Part shown: positions 25,062-37,942 of the stretch, one piece after another | Position numbering within the stretch: position 1 is the first letter of the stretch | How the letters are laid out: the number at the start of each line of letters is the position of its first letter | Source of the DNA: Oikopleura dioica | Taxonomy: Eukaryota; Animalia; Chordata | Reading direction: 5' to 3' | Assembly (NCBI GenBank): GCA_907165135.1 | Contig: OU015567.1 | Span: 7,130,001 to 7,194,000 of the forward strand | DNA length: 64,000 nt | Made by a program: the position numbers and the translations under genes | The notes under the pieces: model-generated | Databases searched by the model: none | The model's input: the letters and a program-made list of their open reading frames with translations, nothing else | What the model was told of the DNA's origin: nothing

Positions 25062-26715
25062 ATGAACTGCGGGAGCTGTTGTGGTGGATGTATCAGGTAG
25101 TACTTTCTATTTTTACTTCATCAAAAAAGAAATTTCAAAAGAATATTATGCTGCTGCGGCAGAGCTTCTTGTCGAGACCAGGACTGTTTTGGAATAGAGA
25201 CAGCTATGGAGTGGGATGGGCTTTCAGTTTGCCATGCAGCCATTGTTGAGCTAAACTCTCCTCTCGACCGAATAACCATGACTGACGCCTGGTACAAGAC
25301 CATTCAGACTCATCCTTTTTTACGCGCGAAATGGAGCAGAGGGTTCATCGCGAAAGTTAAAGAAAATACAGAACCGACGTATCTGGAGATTCCTGGAAGT
25401 CAAGATATGGTTGATCAGCTGATTATTCACTCGAATAAAGATGCGAAATTTGCGGAACTGACTGTCTGCGAACAAGGATTGACTATTCAAATTCTAGGTA
25501 CAAATAATGCTTACTCCTCCGTTTTTCTATTTGAGTTCAGTGACGATTCCTCATTCCCTGGCAGATGGAACAGCAATGATGATAATTCTCAACGACCTTC
25601 TGAAATTCTACGAAAAACCGCATCAATCTGCGATTCTAAATGAAGACTATCCCGTTCAAGCCGAAAAACTCAAACCAAAATTGTCTAAAGAAGCTATTAA
25701 AAACTACAAGGTAATTGTCTGATGGCTTCAATACAGAGCTTCACCGAAAACACATTCCGTTTTAGAGGAAAATTCTAACCCAGCAGAAAGAATTCAAAAA
25801 CGTCGTTCCTCATCAGAAATTCAAAGAACGAGATCCCGAATACATGCCTACACATGTTACGATCCGAAAAGGAACTCCAGATGGGCTTCAAAAGCTTCTT
25901 CATTTTTGTCGAAATAATGGAATCACCGTTGGTACTTATTTGATGGCCGCTTTCAATTGTGCATTGGCTCAAGACAAGGTAACTCACACCTTGTGGTATA
26001 CTTTTCATCCAGTTAGATGGTAAAACTTGGAAACGAGCTGAAAATGGACATTGACTTCAATCTTCGAGATCGATTTCCTCAGAAGCTTGGAAATACTGTT
26101 GTAGCATGCTATATCGGTGTTGGAAGCATCGTTCCTAAAGGCTTGAGTTGAAATCATTAAAAACTACAGATTTTTCGAGCTGAAATTTTCGTGAGCTTTT
26201 TGTAAGCTTGATTTCAATCACGAAAAAAAGCGGAGCTTACCGAAACGCTCGTGGACGTAGCCAAACGGATCAAAAACGAAATCAACGAGCAACTTGAAAA
26301 CCAAGAGCCTTTTATGATGAGAGCGATGATGGATATTCTAGGATCTTCAGATGGCAAAGAATTCAATAAGCCGATTAATAATCACATCGGTGTGTTTTTC
26401 CTTTTGTTTCTAATAAAAATCGTGTTAGCCTCGAGCGTGAATTTCTCAAACATCGGAAAATACAAGTTCGAGACCCAGTTCAATTTTGGGAAAATTCGCG
26501 AGCTTTACTGCTCTGGCAACAAATGGACCAAGGCATACGAATACTGCCTGACCGTCCAAACGACTGATAAACTCTGCCTTACCATCACCCACCCGACGAT
26601 GCCTATATACGAACCGACCGCTAACATCTATGGCGAGTATCTCATGTTATTTGCTAATGATCCAGAAAGATTTGGAAATATGACCCTCAAAGATTATGAG
26701 AATTTTTTGAATTAG
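25062..26715 (+). CDS. CoA-dependent acyltransferase fold protein (condensation / Atf1 / PapA5-like) with Cys-rich N-terminus, multi-exon
   Basis: Spliced model MNCGSCCGGCIRILCCCGRASC...HPFLRA...VTIPHSLADGTAMMIILNDLLKFY (HxxxDG motif)...NLRDRF...DVAKRIKNEI...VNFSNIGKY. Confidence 0.7.
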
Positions 26716-27160
26716 TGAAAGCTATTTATTCTTTGTACTCTCTTGTAAAGTATTATTCAATAAAGTATATGTATATCTTTGAACAATATATAGGCTATAT
26801 ATAATATAGCGAAATAATATAGGCTATATTATATAGCTCATGCATCGTGAAAGAATACGAGAGAATGTTACGTAACTAAATCTGGGGCATCATTTCTAAA
26901 CAAGAGTCCCGTACATGGGTGACCCGTTTGCAGTGAAAATAAGCAGTTAGAAACGTCATTTGCAACAAAGAAAAACGTGGGCTCAGAGTTTAGACATGCG
27001 TGGTGCAGTTGGTGCCCTGCTGAGTGCCAATTATCGAGATTCGTTTTCATGAGATCATCCACTCGAATCGCTGCCGCTAGCGGTGCACCACGGCGCATAA
27101 AGGGAGCAGTTTTCTCCACCAGAACACGTTCAACGTCATAGAGAAAAAAAAAGTAAAAAG

Positions 27161-27842
27161 ATGAAGCTCAGTTTTGCTTTTGTTGCCCTCTCCTTCGCCC
27201 AAGACGACTCCAGTTTCTACACATCTACTGTTGCAGCGACTGAACGACCAGATCGGCCACAGTGGTATCCTTATGAAAGCGTAAGTGTCTTTATTTTCCA
27301 CATTTTCTGGATTCTTGTTCCTGATTTGGATGAAAATTTTATCGTAAAAATGTAGGAAGCAGAAAAACAAGCAGCCGAAGCCGCCGCCCAAGCCGCTGAT
27401 ATCGCCCGACGAGCCGACGAAGCTGCCCGCCACGCCGCCGAGATGCAAGCTCACCAGGAGGCTATGGCCGCTCACGACGCTCGAATGGCCTACGAACAAG
27501 AACAACGAGAAGCTGCTGCCGTAGCTGCCGCTGAAGCCCTTGCCGAAGAGATCGCATACAACATGACGCGACAAGAAGAAGCTGATGAAGCGCAGCGAGC
27601 GGCAGAAGCTGAGCAACGAGCTGCCGAAGCTGCCGAACGAGCTGCTGAACGAGCTTCTCATCGAGCCTGGCAACGAGAGCACGAGGCTGCTATGAGTGAG
27701 CATGAGTCCAGAATGGCTGGTTAGAAATTCCCAGCGAAAGGGAAACGGAATGAACTAACATTAATTTTTAGCCGCTCAAGCTGATGCTGCTGCTGATTCA
27801 TCTGCTTCAGACTCTTCATCCTCCACTACCGACGAATACTAA
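27161..27842 (+). CDS. Secreted Ala/Glu/Arg-rich helical protein (3 exons)
   Basis: Signal peptide MKLSFAFVALSFA, GTAAG intron after YES, repetitive EAEKQAAEAAAQAA...AAERAAERA exon, last exon ending SSSSTTDEY*, AATAAA at ~27908. Confidence 0.75.
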
Positions 27843-28842
27843 AGAATTTTCAAAGGAAATGCAGAGAAACCCGGAAGTCCGACCAATTCACTGTATTAAT
27901 TTCCCAACAATAAAAAATGCTTGTTTACAAGCTTGTTTGCATTTAGTCAGTAACTATGAAGCGGATTGAACAGATTTGGTTGTTTAATCTTCGCGTTAGA
28001 ACAATCTTCTCATGGTCCTCAATTTGCATTTCTAGGGAGATCGAGAAGTGTTTAACCGGAAGTCAGAGAAACGTGTGAATTTAAAATTACTAATGGAAAA
28101 CGAAGGGTTACAGATAACGGTCTTGAAATTGAGCTGACTAGTACTCTATTCATTATAAAAAAAAATGTAGTTTTTCAAGACGAAGACAGATTCGCGTGGA
28201 ATCCTTGCACTTGACAGGTGAGAGTTTCAAATTGCCTGTGAACCAAAATCTTGAATAAAGATGTTTACGCCGAGCTACTGGAGCAGAGGAGGTCAGAGTT
28301 GCGATGCATCGAGATCGTCAAAGTAAACAACGGTCGATTCGGGAGGTGCTCATCGTTGATTTCAGGAGGTTTCCGGAGAAATTGAAGATTTACGGAGTCA
28401 AATAGGAGAGATTCTTCAATGTTTTTCGACTTTTTTTCTTGAGAATTTGAAATTTGAATTTGAAAAGTCGACAAAAGACGAATTTCATTCAATGCTTCTT
28501 CAAAACCTGGCACCTGCTAACACCTGCTCATAATTAATAAATAGAAGACGACAACTATTTTTGGTATTTTTTTTTGTTCCTTGTTGTGTTGACTTAGAGG
28601 CAGTTATGAAGACAAAATGCAATACATTTGGCGCTAATTGGCGCACAGGTGAGCATTTTTTTCGCAATCGTTGAGCAGTTTGTTTATGTAAATATATGTA
28701 TAAATATATGTACGTATAAGTTAGCAGGAAGGGTGTTCTGTACAGATTCTTGTTTGGGCCACAGCTCGCTACGAAAATATGCAGATTATTTATCTTTCTT
28801 TTTTGTACAATTGGAGAGTTTGGAGCTACTTCATACATGGGG

Positions 28843-31800
28843 TCAGCATTTCTCGGGAAGGGCCACTACGGTCCGCTTTTCCGGCGTCTTTTCTTGGGCT
28901 TTTCGTTTCGTGGAGTAGCGATTTAGCTCGGCGCGGACGATCTCGTCCATTTTGTCGTCTGTAATTACGATTCTTCCAGGCTGGTGTTGTCGAAGGTCGT
29001 CTTTGGACAAGTCCAAGCTGGATCCACTTCGGGAGGAGTTCCACAAATAGCCGATGAGTCCCAAGACGACTAGAATAGCGACTCCGATGGCGAAGAGCAG
29101 AACAGTCGCTAAAAGAGTGTTAGAAAAAGGTTCAAACTGGTCAAAAATCAAAAAGGGGGTAATCGGCTAGTTTCGGATCGCGTGGAGCTGAGCGCCCGCA
29201 CGAGTGAAAATAAATTTCCACCACCCGCGAATCCGAAATCCGCGATTGCTGAAGTCCAACTGAATAAATACGCGAAAAGGGATGAGCCGCGAGAATGGTC
29301 GCTGAAAGTTGGACCTCTGCTATTTTGCTATTTGTGGTTATTCAGTTGAAACTTCCAGTGAGATTTTAACCTAAGGGGGGTTCTGTGGCCGTTTACTTAC
29401 CAACTGTGTAGGAATGATCCCTGGCGAGTTGCATGGACTCAGTCCTGTACTCAGTGTCGACTCGAATGATCTTATCGCGATTGACATAACTGTACTGGGA
29501 ATCGTAAGGGATGGAAAACTGCCGTCGTAGTTGGAGATCTTCAATGTGCGCTAAAAATAAAAATTGATTGAAAAGTTGTTGATTCTGCATTTCTGGGGAG
29601 AAAAAACGGTGTTCAGCTTTCAGGTGCACCGTTCGCCAAATCGTAAAATGAAGAATTAGCGTTAGAAAATGATTCAGGCCGCGGCCTGACAGTTATATTG
29701 CAGGCGGAATACATAAATGCGTTCGCCTCAAGGGCCAGCGGAAATACGCGCACTTGCGCCTTTTTGCGTTTTTACAATTTTGATTTATTAATTGAATGGC
29801 GATGGTGCTGGATACCGAAAAAATATGACAATTTCCGAGTCTCTCAAAATCTGAAATGATCCATCAGCCAATTTAACACGTGGCCCAGTTTCTTTTCACG
29901 CACTCGAAATTTTGCATAATTGCCTCTTGAACCGGTCGGCCATCTATCATCGACGGGGGCCGGCGTTTGAGCGGTTGACATTTCTTTTTCGAAAGTACGC
30001 GAAAAAAACTCATTTCGAAAATTCTCTGTCATGCGAGATATAATTTATTGCTGCTAGTTCCAAATTATTTCTGTCAATTTAGGAGTCTCGTTGTCTCAGG
30101 GCCCTTTTTTACTTACAAAAGCAAGGATTCGTGAAGTACTGGTTGCGGAAAGTGTTGCAGTGGAACACGTGCATGTTGACCTTGCTACTGGTGAACTGTA
30201 AGTCGTCAATGTCGCAGCTACAGTCACGTGGGAGGCAGTTGAGTTCGATGAGTTCTCGGCGGCCGCGCTCGCATTTTTCTAGCCTTTCCATTTCGTTCTC
30301 GTTCTGGCAAGTTGTTGGGGAATCGGGCGAGATGGTACAGTGATCGTTGATTGCTGAAGAGATACTGTGAGACTGGGAGAAGAGAAAAGGGCTTGGAGAT
30401 AGGGAAAAATATGTCGCAAAAGGGACGCGCATCAGGAAATCAAGCAACGATAATCGTCTGGAAACTCTTTCCCAAAGGAATTCTCCTACTACTAAGCCGG
30501 CCCTGCTCGAAGCCGGATACAGCCATTTTTTCACAGCCATTTGCTACTATGAAGAAGCAAAAATCTTTTGAACTTTCGCTCGAAGAGCGTTGAATGGGCC
30601 AAGCCGGAACTACGAGCGACTAATAACTCGTAAAAATACACAGAAATTTAGGCCCGGAGCGGAGCATATTAACCACTTATGCACGGTGCATGTAAAATCG
30701 CCGCGGAGGTATAAAACTGGCCGAATCTATTAAATCTAAAAACGAATCTGCGAAAAAAGAAATATTCGAAAATTGCGATTGATTAGGTGTACTAACTCAA
30801 TTAAGAAAAAGTGAGCTCTTTCACAGCGAATCGATCCCAAAATCGAAAAACCGAAAAAGGAGGATCACGTCAAAAAAATTAAGATTTGATTGAAGAGCCC
30901 AAATCCGGTACCGATTGTATTGATCCGGAACTTTTCAAGAGGCGCGAAAATTGGCGGCTTTGGAGGAAAAAATCATTGACCTTTGGGCGCTGGACTGTTT
31001 GGTTCTTCAAGATGTTACTTTAAGATTTTTATGTAAGATAAATTCAATGACCTTTTTGCGAGGAAAAAATAAGGCTGTCCTTTTTCTATTTAGATGAGTT
31101 TGAAGGGTCGGTCTGCTGACTTTTAATAAGTGTGGCACTCTTAACTCCTGCTATTTTCACAAGAAATTAGAGCTAAAGACCCTAAATCAACAAGATGGAA
31201 AGAAATATAAATGTGTTGTATGTTCCCAAAAGAAAGAGCTTGAACTGAAGATCTGGGCACACGCGCCGCCGTCCTTTGACAGGCGATCTCTACTATTCAT
31301 CAAAATCATCACGATTGTTGGTCCTAAGGAGTACGCGTGTTCCCAAGCTTTTTTGGCTACTCGATGAGAAAAAATGAAAAAAAGCGCTCTGGTTTCACTT
31401 TTTTCTTTCTTTCTCAGACCAGCAAAGTCAAGGGCAAACTCGAATAAGGGGACACCCCTGCGGGAACATTTTTCAAGATATTCGCTAAAAATTGATAGGG
31501 GTCAAGTTTTTCAAGGTCAAATGCAAAAACGATCCATGGGAAGATTATGTCAGACTGGGCACAGTCACGTTACGACTCACGTAAAACATTTTCCCGCACC
31601 ATCGCATCCGGCTAGCACAATCGACGAAAATTCCCACAACGACTACTTTTTTTCATTTTCGTCGACAAAACAGACAGAAAAATTGAAATAATTGGCCAGG
31701 TGCTGGATCATTATCCCATAAACTGAGGTCGAAAATGGAACTTCTACAAATCATCTTCTTTATAAGACTACCCCTAACTCCAACCCTAACCCCTGAACTC

Positions 31801-34149
31801 CCCCCAACTTTAACCCTAGCCAAATGGCAGACTCTGGATTCTAGCGCCCGATTAACCCGCTTCCGTACGAGAAATATAGGAAGATCCTCTGCTCAGTTAA
31901 CCTTGTACTGTGAACTTCAGAACCATGGCAAGTCCAAATCGAAAATAAATGACCTCTTCGTAAATCAACTGTTCTCACTGAACGATGTGTCAATATTTCA
32001 AGAGCACTTGTAAAATCGACAGAATTAAGAAGCCTTTTCCCTTATTCGCATTTTGAATTCCCTTTGGTTACTAATTCGTAATTCGTAATAATTTAAAATG
32101 CGTATACGTCGTTTTTCATGGGAAAGGGCGGGTTTTCCTACTCGACCGCATTTTATTCAAAATTCTGGCTTCTGCCCGATGTTGCTACAAATTGGCCAAG
32201 GCGGAAATGCCGCTTGTTTTGGAAGAAAAAAATTTACTAAAAAAAAAAACGAAAGATTTTTTCGAAAAAGGGGATATGCAAATCCCATCGATAAGGGGGT
32301 TTGTCGCGTGGCGCTAGAATTAGAGAAAGAGAGAGCTACTGGGGCGGAGAGATGTCTGGAAGACTTTTGCATAATCTTACTGTTTGAACATTGTTTTTGG
32401 ATAAATAGGAGGGCGAACATGGATCAGATCGAGGGATGACAAGGTCATTTTATACGCTTCGGTTGGGTTCAAATCCCGGTTTCTTAGTAGGGTTAGGGTA
32501 TATGTATACCTTCTTAGATAAATAGAACGCCTTTTCCTTTTTCACCGTCATTTTTGGAGCTCGCTTTTGAGTTCTTTTTTACGATAGTTCAGAATTATGT
32601 TGTTTTCCCAGAGGAAGTTGTTTTTGACGTGTAAAGACAATTACGGTTTAGAGTCGTTAAAAAGTCAAGGGAACCAAAAAGTCTGCGTTTGTCTATCCTG
32701 AGTCAGAAGTTCTGAGAAATATTAAAGGAAAGAGCTTGCTGTCCCCTTTCTAGCGTTTCTCAAGGCCCCCGAATCATCTTTTAAAAGTGTGATTAGGCGG
32801 AAGGGTCATCACAATCAGGTGGTCAGCGCCGCCTTTTTCTCCCCAAGTCTTTCGAAACCGCTTATCTCAGATTTCAGCCTCAAACGAGCGCCGAGTGTAA
32901 TAATTAAACGCACTTTAAATTGGCTGGCGAGGGGTCGCGCGCCGAGAATTTCGGAATGCCTCTCGCAAAAAAATTCAACGACAGGTCACATTGTTGAATA
33001 TAAAGCCATTCGAGCGAGCCCAAATTCTTCATTTTGAAATATTTATTCGAAAATCCGCCAGATCAGAGCCAAACGCGCAATGCACGAGCCTAACCGCCCG
33101 GTCAAAGATCCCAGACTTTGCGGCGCAAAGATATTTTTAGAGAAAAATTTTCGGTATTTTCAATATCAAATGATTATCTAACTGATTTTCCTAAAATTCT
33201 CCGACAACAATGATAATTTTTGCGAAGCCGCTTTGCGGCTTCGTTTTCGTAAAAGCCGCTACGCGGCTTTTTATTGAAGCTCTTTCAAATACTGACTCAG
33301 GTTGCCGATCTCAATTAGGGTGAAATTAAGGGAGATAGGGGCGATGGAAGAGGCCCGAAGATCGTTCGGAAACCAGATCTGATGTTTATTTCAAAAATCA
33401 AAGCGGATCAACATCGTATGTAAATTGGCTGTAACATGCGGGGGGAAATTGCATGCGCAGGCGCCAAAGCAAGCAGCTCATATAAATCACAGCATGCCGC
33501 CAATCCGCTGTTTACATAAAATATACTCCGTGTAAATGTTCAAATCCGCCAATTTAAAAATCGAAAAAATCCCGACCGTGGCGCGTAAGAGGATTTTGAA
33601 CTTCGCGCCGAAAGTCATTATTGGATAAGCGGCGGGATAATAATTCCTGGGCTGTGAAACGGAGGGGAGAAGGCAGGTGCGTCGTATACATAAAAACGAA
33701 ATAATCTGCGATCAATATTTACTATCTGCATGTTCTCACGAATCGCGAAAAGAATTATTCATCATTTCGTCAGCGTTTTTGGATCGACCTCGCTTTTTCC
33801 CTCCTTTAGAAAAAGACTTGTTTATCAACCTGTAGCTCCTTAAAATTCCTTCAATAAGAGAGACACCCCCTTAAATTTTAGGCAAAAGAAAAATGGGTAA
33901 AAAACATTTCGTTATATTTCTCCAACAAAAAATAGATAAGGGGACATCTTCAAAATATCTCCGAGCGCTTATGGTATCAATAAATTTTCCTTATCAGTGA
34001 TAAGGGGTGAGCCGAAAGATGTTCTTACCTATCAATGCCCTGTCGCAAAGACTTCTTTCTTTGACAATTTTCTTGTGATCAATGCAGCTCATTTCGACAG
34101 CATCAGCTCCATGGCCGAGAAAAAGGCCAGCTGTGATGATTTTCAGCAT
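28843..34149 (-). CDS. Single-pass membrane protein with one GDNF-receptor (GFRa/GAS1)-like Cys-rich domain, 257 aa, 4 exons
   Basis: Exons 34149-34029, 30353-30117, 29550-29401 and 29108-28843 (121+237+150+266 = 774 nt) join in frame through GT-AG phase-1 introns: signal peptide, 10-Cys domain, stalk, TM helix, tail. Confidence 0.7.
33222..33310. mobile_element. Right half of a hAT-type MITE (family also at 35111, 35859, 37697)
   Basis: AGCCGC-x-GCGGCT hairpins followed by CTGACTCAGGTTGCC end motif. Confidence 0.7.
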
Positions 34150-35110
34150 TGTTTTTTTATTGTTGATCTTCTGATTTTCTCTCTTTTTTTCCTCGACTTC
34201 TACGTGTTTTTCTTTTTCTTTCGTGTATCTCTTTTGCGGAAGTTCTTCTTCTTTCTGAAAATAAAAAAGGTGTGTTTTTTTCGTATTTATTCTTGATCTT
34301 TTTTTGGCGAAAATGAGTTTAGCGCTCTAGGAAGCTGCGGCGCGAGGATTTTTTTCTCCACCGAGCTCGGTGACTTGGGCGCTGCGGAGCCCCAAAAGAG
34401 GGCGCGCCGTGATGGCGAATTTCGCGAGGAGAAGGGGGAGGTCTTTGATTGAGGATTTTGAAGATTTCGAGGTTCAGGGGAAAGGGGACAGATGGGAGGA
34501 AGGGCACAAGATGGGGGAAGATAGATTTATTGATAGAAATTATGGATTAAAAGTGCTCAGTGGCGATATACAGGCTTTTCTGGGCTTTGCTGAATAGACA
34601 ACTCAGATTCAGTAAACTCCTTTTAGTCAGAAAAGACCAGTCTTAGCCTGCAAATAAAAGGGATGAGAATTGAAGAGTACATAATCGATTCAAAATGTAA
34701 AGTTGAAATGCCAGCTTTGGGAGTTCCAAATCTGCCAAATCTTTGTGGTGATATTTAACCCCAAATTGCACCTGAAAGTTCAAGAAAGGCGACCACAACT
34801 TTTCAATTTGACGACTTCCAAATGTAATTTCATTTTTCTTTTGTATTTTTTCATAAAATGAGTTGTGAAAATGTATATTCCCGGGAAGAACGCCAGGTGT
34901 TTCCGAATAGAAGGGGCTTGGGCACACGCCAGGACGAGAAACAGGAAGACATTAGAGGGGAAATTAAGAAAATTGACACGGTTTCCGGTTGCGAACGCGA
35001 AATTTAAAATTGGCTAACTAATTTTCGAAATTGTAAAACACGCAACTTTGTTTTTGTTGTTTCCTGTGTGTCATTATCAGACAGTCACTAAGGGCCTCTC
35101 TCAATTTATA

Positions 35111-35423
35111 TTCGGCTCGGCAACCTGTGGAGAGACCCTGAGTCAGGATTTGAAAACGTCTAAATAAATAGCCGCATAGCGGCTTTTGCAAAAACGAAGC
35201 CGCGAAGCGGCTTCACCAAAATTACTATCTGTTTATATTCCTTCAGGAGTCCTGAATCAGGACCTGTGTAGAAACCTGAGTCAGGGTCCTTAAAAAATAG
35301 ATTCAGATTGTAATTTTGGCGTAGCCGCGTTGGGGCTATTTTTTGCAAAAGCCGCTATGCGGCTTTATATTTATGCTTTTTCAAATCCTGACTCAGGTTT
35401 TTTTCACAGATTGCCGAGCTCAG
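35111..35423. mobile_element. hAT-type MITE, full length, degenerate ends
   Basis: GGCTCGGCAACCTG...CCTGAGTCAGG left end, ...TTGCCGAGCTCAG right end, four internal AGCCGC/GCGGCT-type hairpins (one degenerate). Confidence 0.8.
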
Positions 35424-35858
35424 GAAAAGAGTTTTTAAATTTGAAACTTACCTTTATTAATAAAAAAGCTCTCTGTTTTCTGATCCGGGCTGAGTCGAAT
35501 GACGAAAGTTTCGGGAAGTCGAACTCGTACGAGTTTTTTGACGCCTACTCAGTTTTAAACTTACTTTTATTTAGTCTTTAAAAAGGCAAAAATTGAAAGA
35601 ACAAACCTTGAAACCTTGGCTGAACTTGAATCCACAATCAATCACTAGAAAAAAGTGCTTTGTTTTTTTAACAACCAAACTCGCGTGTGGCTCTGATTGA
35701 TGATCTTCTGGAGCAGAAAAAGTAAGGCTCAATTTTCAATTCAGAATTGCTGAAGTCTCTCTTCTAGAAAAACGAATACGGAGAAAATTGCCCAAATAAG
35801 AATGGCTTTATTTTAGGAACACCAGAATTTTTCGAGAAAAATAATTCAAGAATGAACA

Positions 35859-35898
35859 CAGGGCTCGGCAACCTGTGTAAAAACCTGAGTCAGGATCC
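35859..35898. mobile_element. Isolated left end of the same MITE family
   Basis: CAGGGCTCGGCAACCTGTGTAAAAACCTGAGTCAGG. Confidence 0.65.
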
Positions 35899-36134
35899 TC
35901 CGAAGCGGTTTTGAAGAAATAACACAGATTTTATTTGCGATGAGTGGTTAATTTATTGAGCGTGATTCACGTTCAGAAGGATGAAAAGAAGAAGTGATTG
36001 TTGAGGAAAGAACCATTTCAAACAATTATTGTTACTGTAGTTTTAGCTCTCGGATTGTGATCGTGGTTTAACCAGATCTCTGGATAAAAGAGTTCCTTAC
36101 AATTTTTTTCAGAAGAATCTCGGGCCCATTTCGA

Positions 36135-37105
36135 CTATTCTAGTGATTTTAAGAACTCTTTCCTGAGAGAAGATCGCGCCCCAATAGCTTCTGATCTTCG
36201 TCGATTCTTGACTTTGGTTATTTGAAAATCGTCCTTGGCCTGTTCGAGTCCAGCGTTTGCTCGCTCGAGGCACTCCTCAAGCATCTGCGTCTTTTCATCC
36301 AGCTCGCGCTTTTTCGCTTCTGAAAATCAAAAACAGTCAGTTAGTTCATTTCGTTCTTTCAAGGAACCTGAGATGCGAAAGTTCTGTTCGACGATAGAAT
36401 GCTTCTCCATCAGCTGTTGGTTTTGCGCTTTGAGCTCTTCTTGCCACTTTTGCCACTCTGCGTATTTCTTATGGAAGAATAAGAAATTTCAGGGTTGGAT
36501 CATTTTTACCTGCTGAAGCTCGCTAAGCTTAGAATTATTGTTTTTCAAAGCTTGAAGTTTGGTGACTAAGTCGTGCTCGGCGACTCTGAGCTGGATGTGC
36601 ATATCCGTGTCTGCTTCTTCTCTTATTCTGCGAAGAGTCTCATTCAGCCCCCGAGGAGCTGCTTCTGACAGCGTATCTTCGAGCTGAGAGAGCTCTACTT
36701 TCTCAATTTCCATTTTGCTGCGCCTCGGAACTGGTGAAAATCGAAACTGGCGAATTTTTTGGAAATTCGCTTGCTATGGTTTCGGTTAGATCGCTTGATA
36801 AAAAGTAACGAAAGAAAAAAACTTGTTTTTGAATGTTTTTATTTTCACCCACCATAATTACTAACAAGGAGAAGAGCTGGACGAGGTGATGAAAATTTAT
36901 TGATTTCAGAATGGGTCCAATAACCGCCTTGGCGCAGATTTTCATATCCGGCGGATGAAAGACAGATCAAGAGCCATAAGAAATATGGTAACAAATTTAT
37001 GGCCCTTCCCATCCATCTGCCACTAATAAGCTCGCCCTTTCGCCTTGACCTTCCAGAAGAAAATCGACGAAGAGGAAGGAAGACCTCCTGTTCATAATCC
37101 AGTCT
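36135..37105 (-). CDS. Unknown coiled-coil protein, 3' exons (5' extent uncertain)
   Basis: Phase-consistent exons: ...MEIEKVELSQLED...SELQQ|KYAEWQKWQEELK...FRIS|EAKKRELDEK...EFLKSLE*. Confidence 0.5.
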
Positions 37106-37696
37106 AAGCACTTTTATGCTTATCTGCGATAAGAACCATGTGTTTTAGGTGTTTAAACTTCGGAAATGAAAAATCACTAGGGTAAGTTTATACAACATCA
37201 CGTGTTCTGTTGTGGTTGTGGTCGACTTAGAGGTGTCCGAGCGTGAAGACTAATCCAGCCGAGCTTAGTGCAAGTGCATCTTTTGAGCGATAATTTTCCA
37301 TTTTTTCATCCCCGGCGCGCGCGGAACCCGATAATCCCCTTATTGTATCCAGATCAGCCTAAATGCATAAAGTATACCTTTCTTCTCCAGCCAAAACCGA
37401 CATGGCAGGTTATGTGCACAAATGCATTAATAAATTTTAAACGATTTCAAACGCTGCAATTATGGTGCTGTTATCAGCCGCGCAGATTCACTGGAGCCAG
37501 AGGAAGAGGTTCCAAATTCCAAAATGTCTTATCCAACTTTTGGAAGCGCCAATTTACCGACCTCAAAAAAGGTGATTGATAAGGAGCAGCATTTTTATGG
37601 GGACTGACTCTACAGAACTATCGTTTCAACTAATTTCTTTATAAGCATGGTGACACCCTTAAATTTAATTCGAAATTACAAAAGATGAATATTTCG

Positions 37697-37942
37697 CTGT
37701 GCTCGGCAACCTGAGTAGAAAACCTGAGTGAGGGTCTGAAAGAACCGAAATGAAAAGCCGCGCAGCGGCTTTTTCTTAAACGAAGCCGCAAAGCGGCTTT
37801 GCCAAAATTTTTGATATATTGTAATTGTAATATTAGCGAAGCCGCTTTGCGGCTTCGATTTTATAAATAGCCGCTGGGCGGCTTCTCATTTCAGTTCTTT
37901 CAGACCCTGACTCAGGTTTTCTACTCAGGTTGCCAAGCCCAG
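37697..37942. mobile_element. hAT-type MITE with 8-bp target site duplication
   Basis: ATATTTCG at 37689-37696 and 37943-37950. TIR CTG(T/G)GCT(C/T)GGCAACCTGAGTAGAAAACCTGAGT. Four internal hairpins. Confidence 0.9.

Noticed and set aside
31120-31370. Open frame with KCGTLN/CVVC resembling a zinc ribbon
   Set aside because: No start codon, no convincing splice partners, and it lies inside the GFRa-like intron.
31771-31820. Degenerate CCCTAA telomere-like tract (also TAGGGTTAGGG near 32488)
   Set aside because: Only 2-3 imperfect units, so not an interstitial telomere array.
32466-32477. Pol III B-box-like GGTTCAAATCCC (tRNA or SINE)
   Set aside because: No A-box or cloverleaf stems around it.
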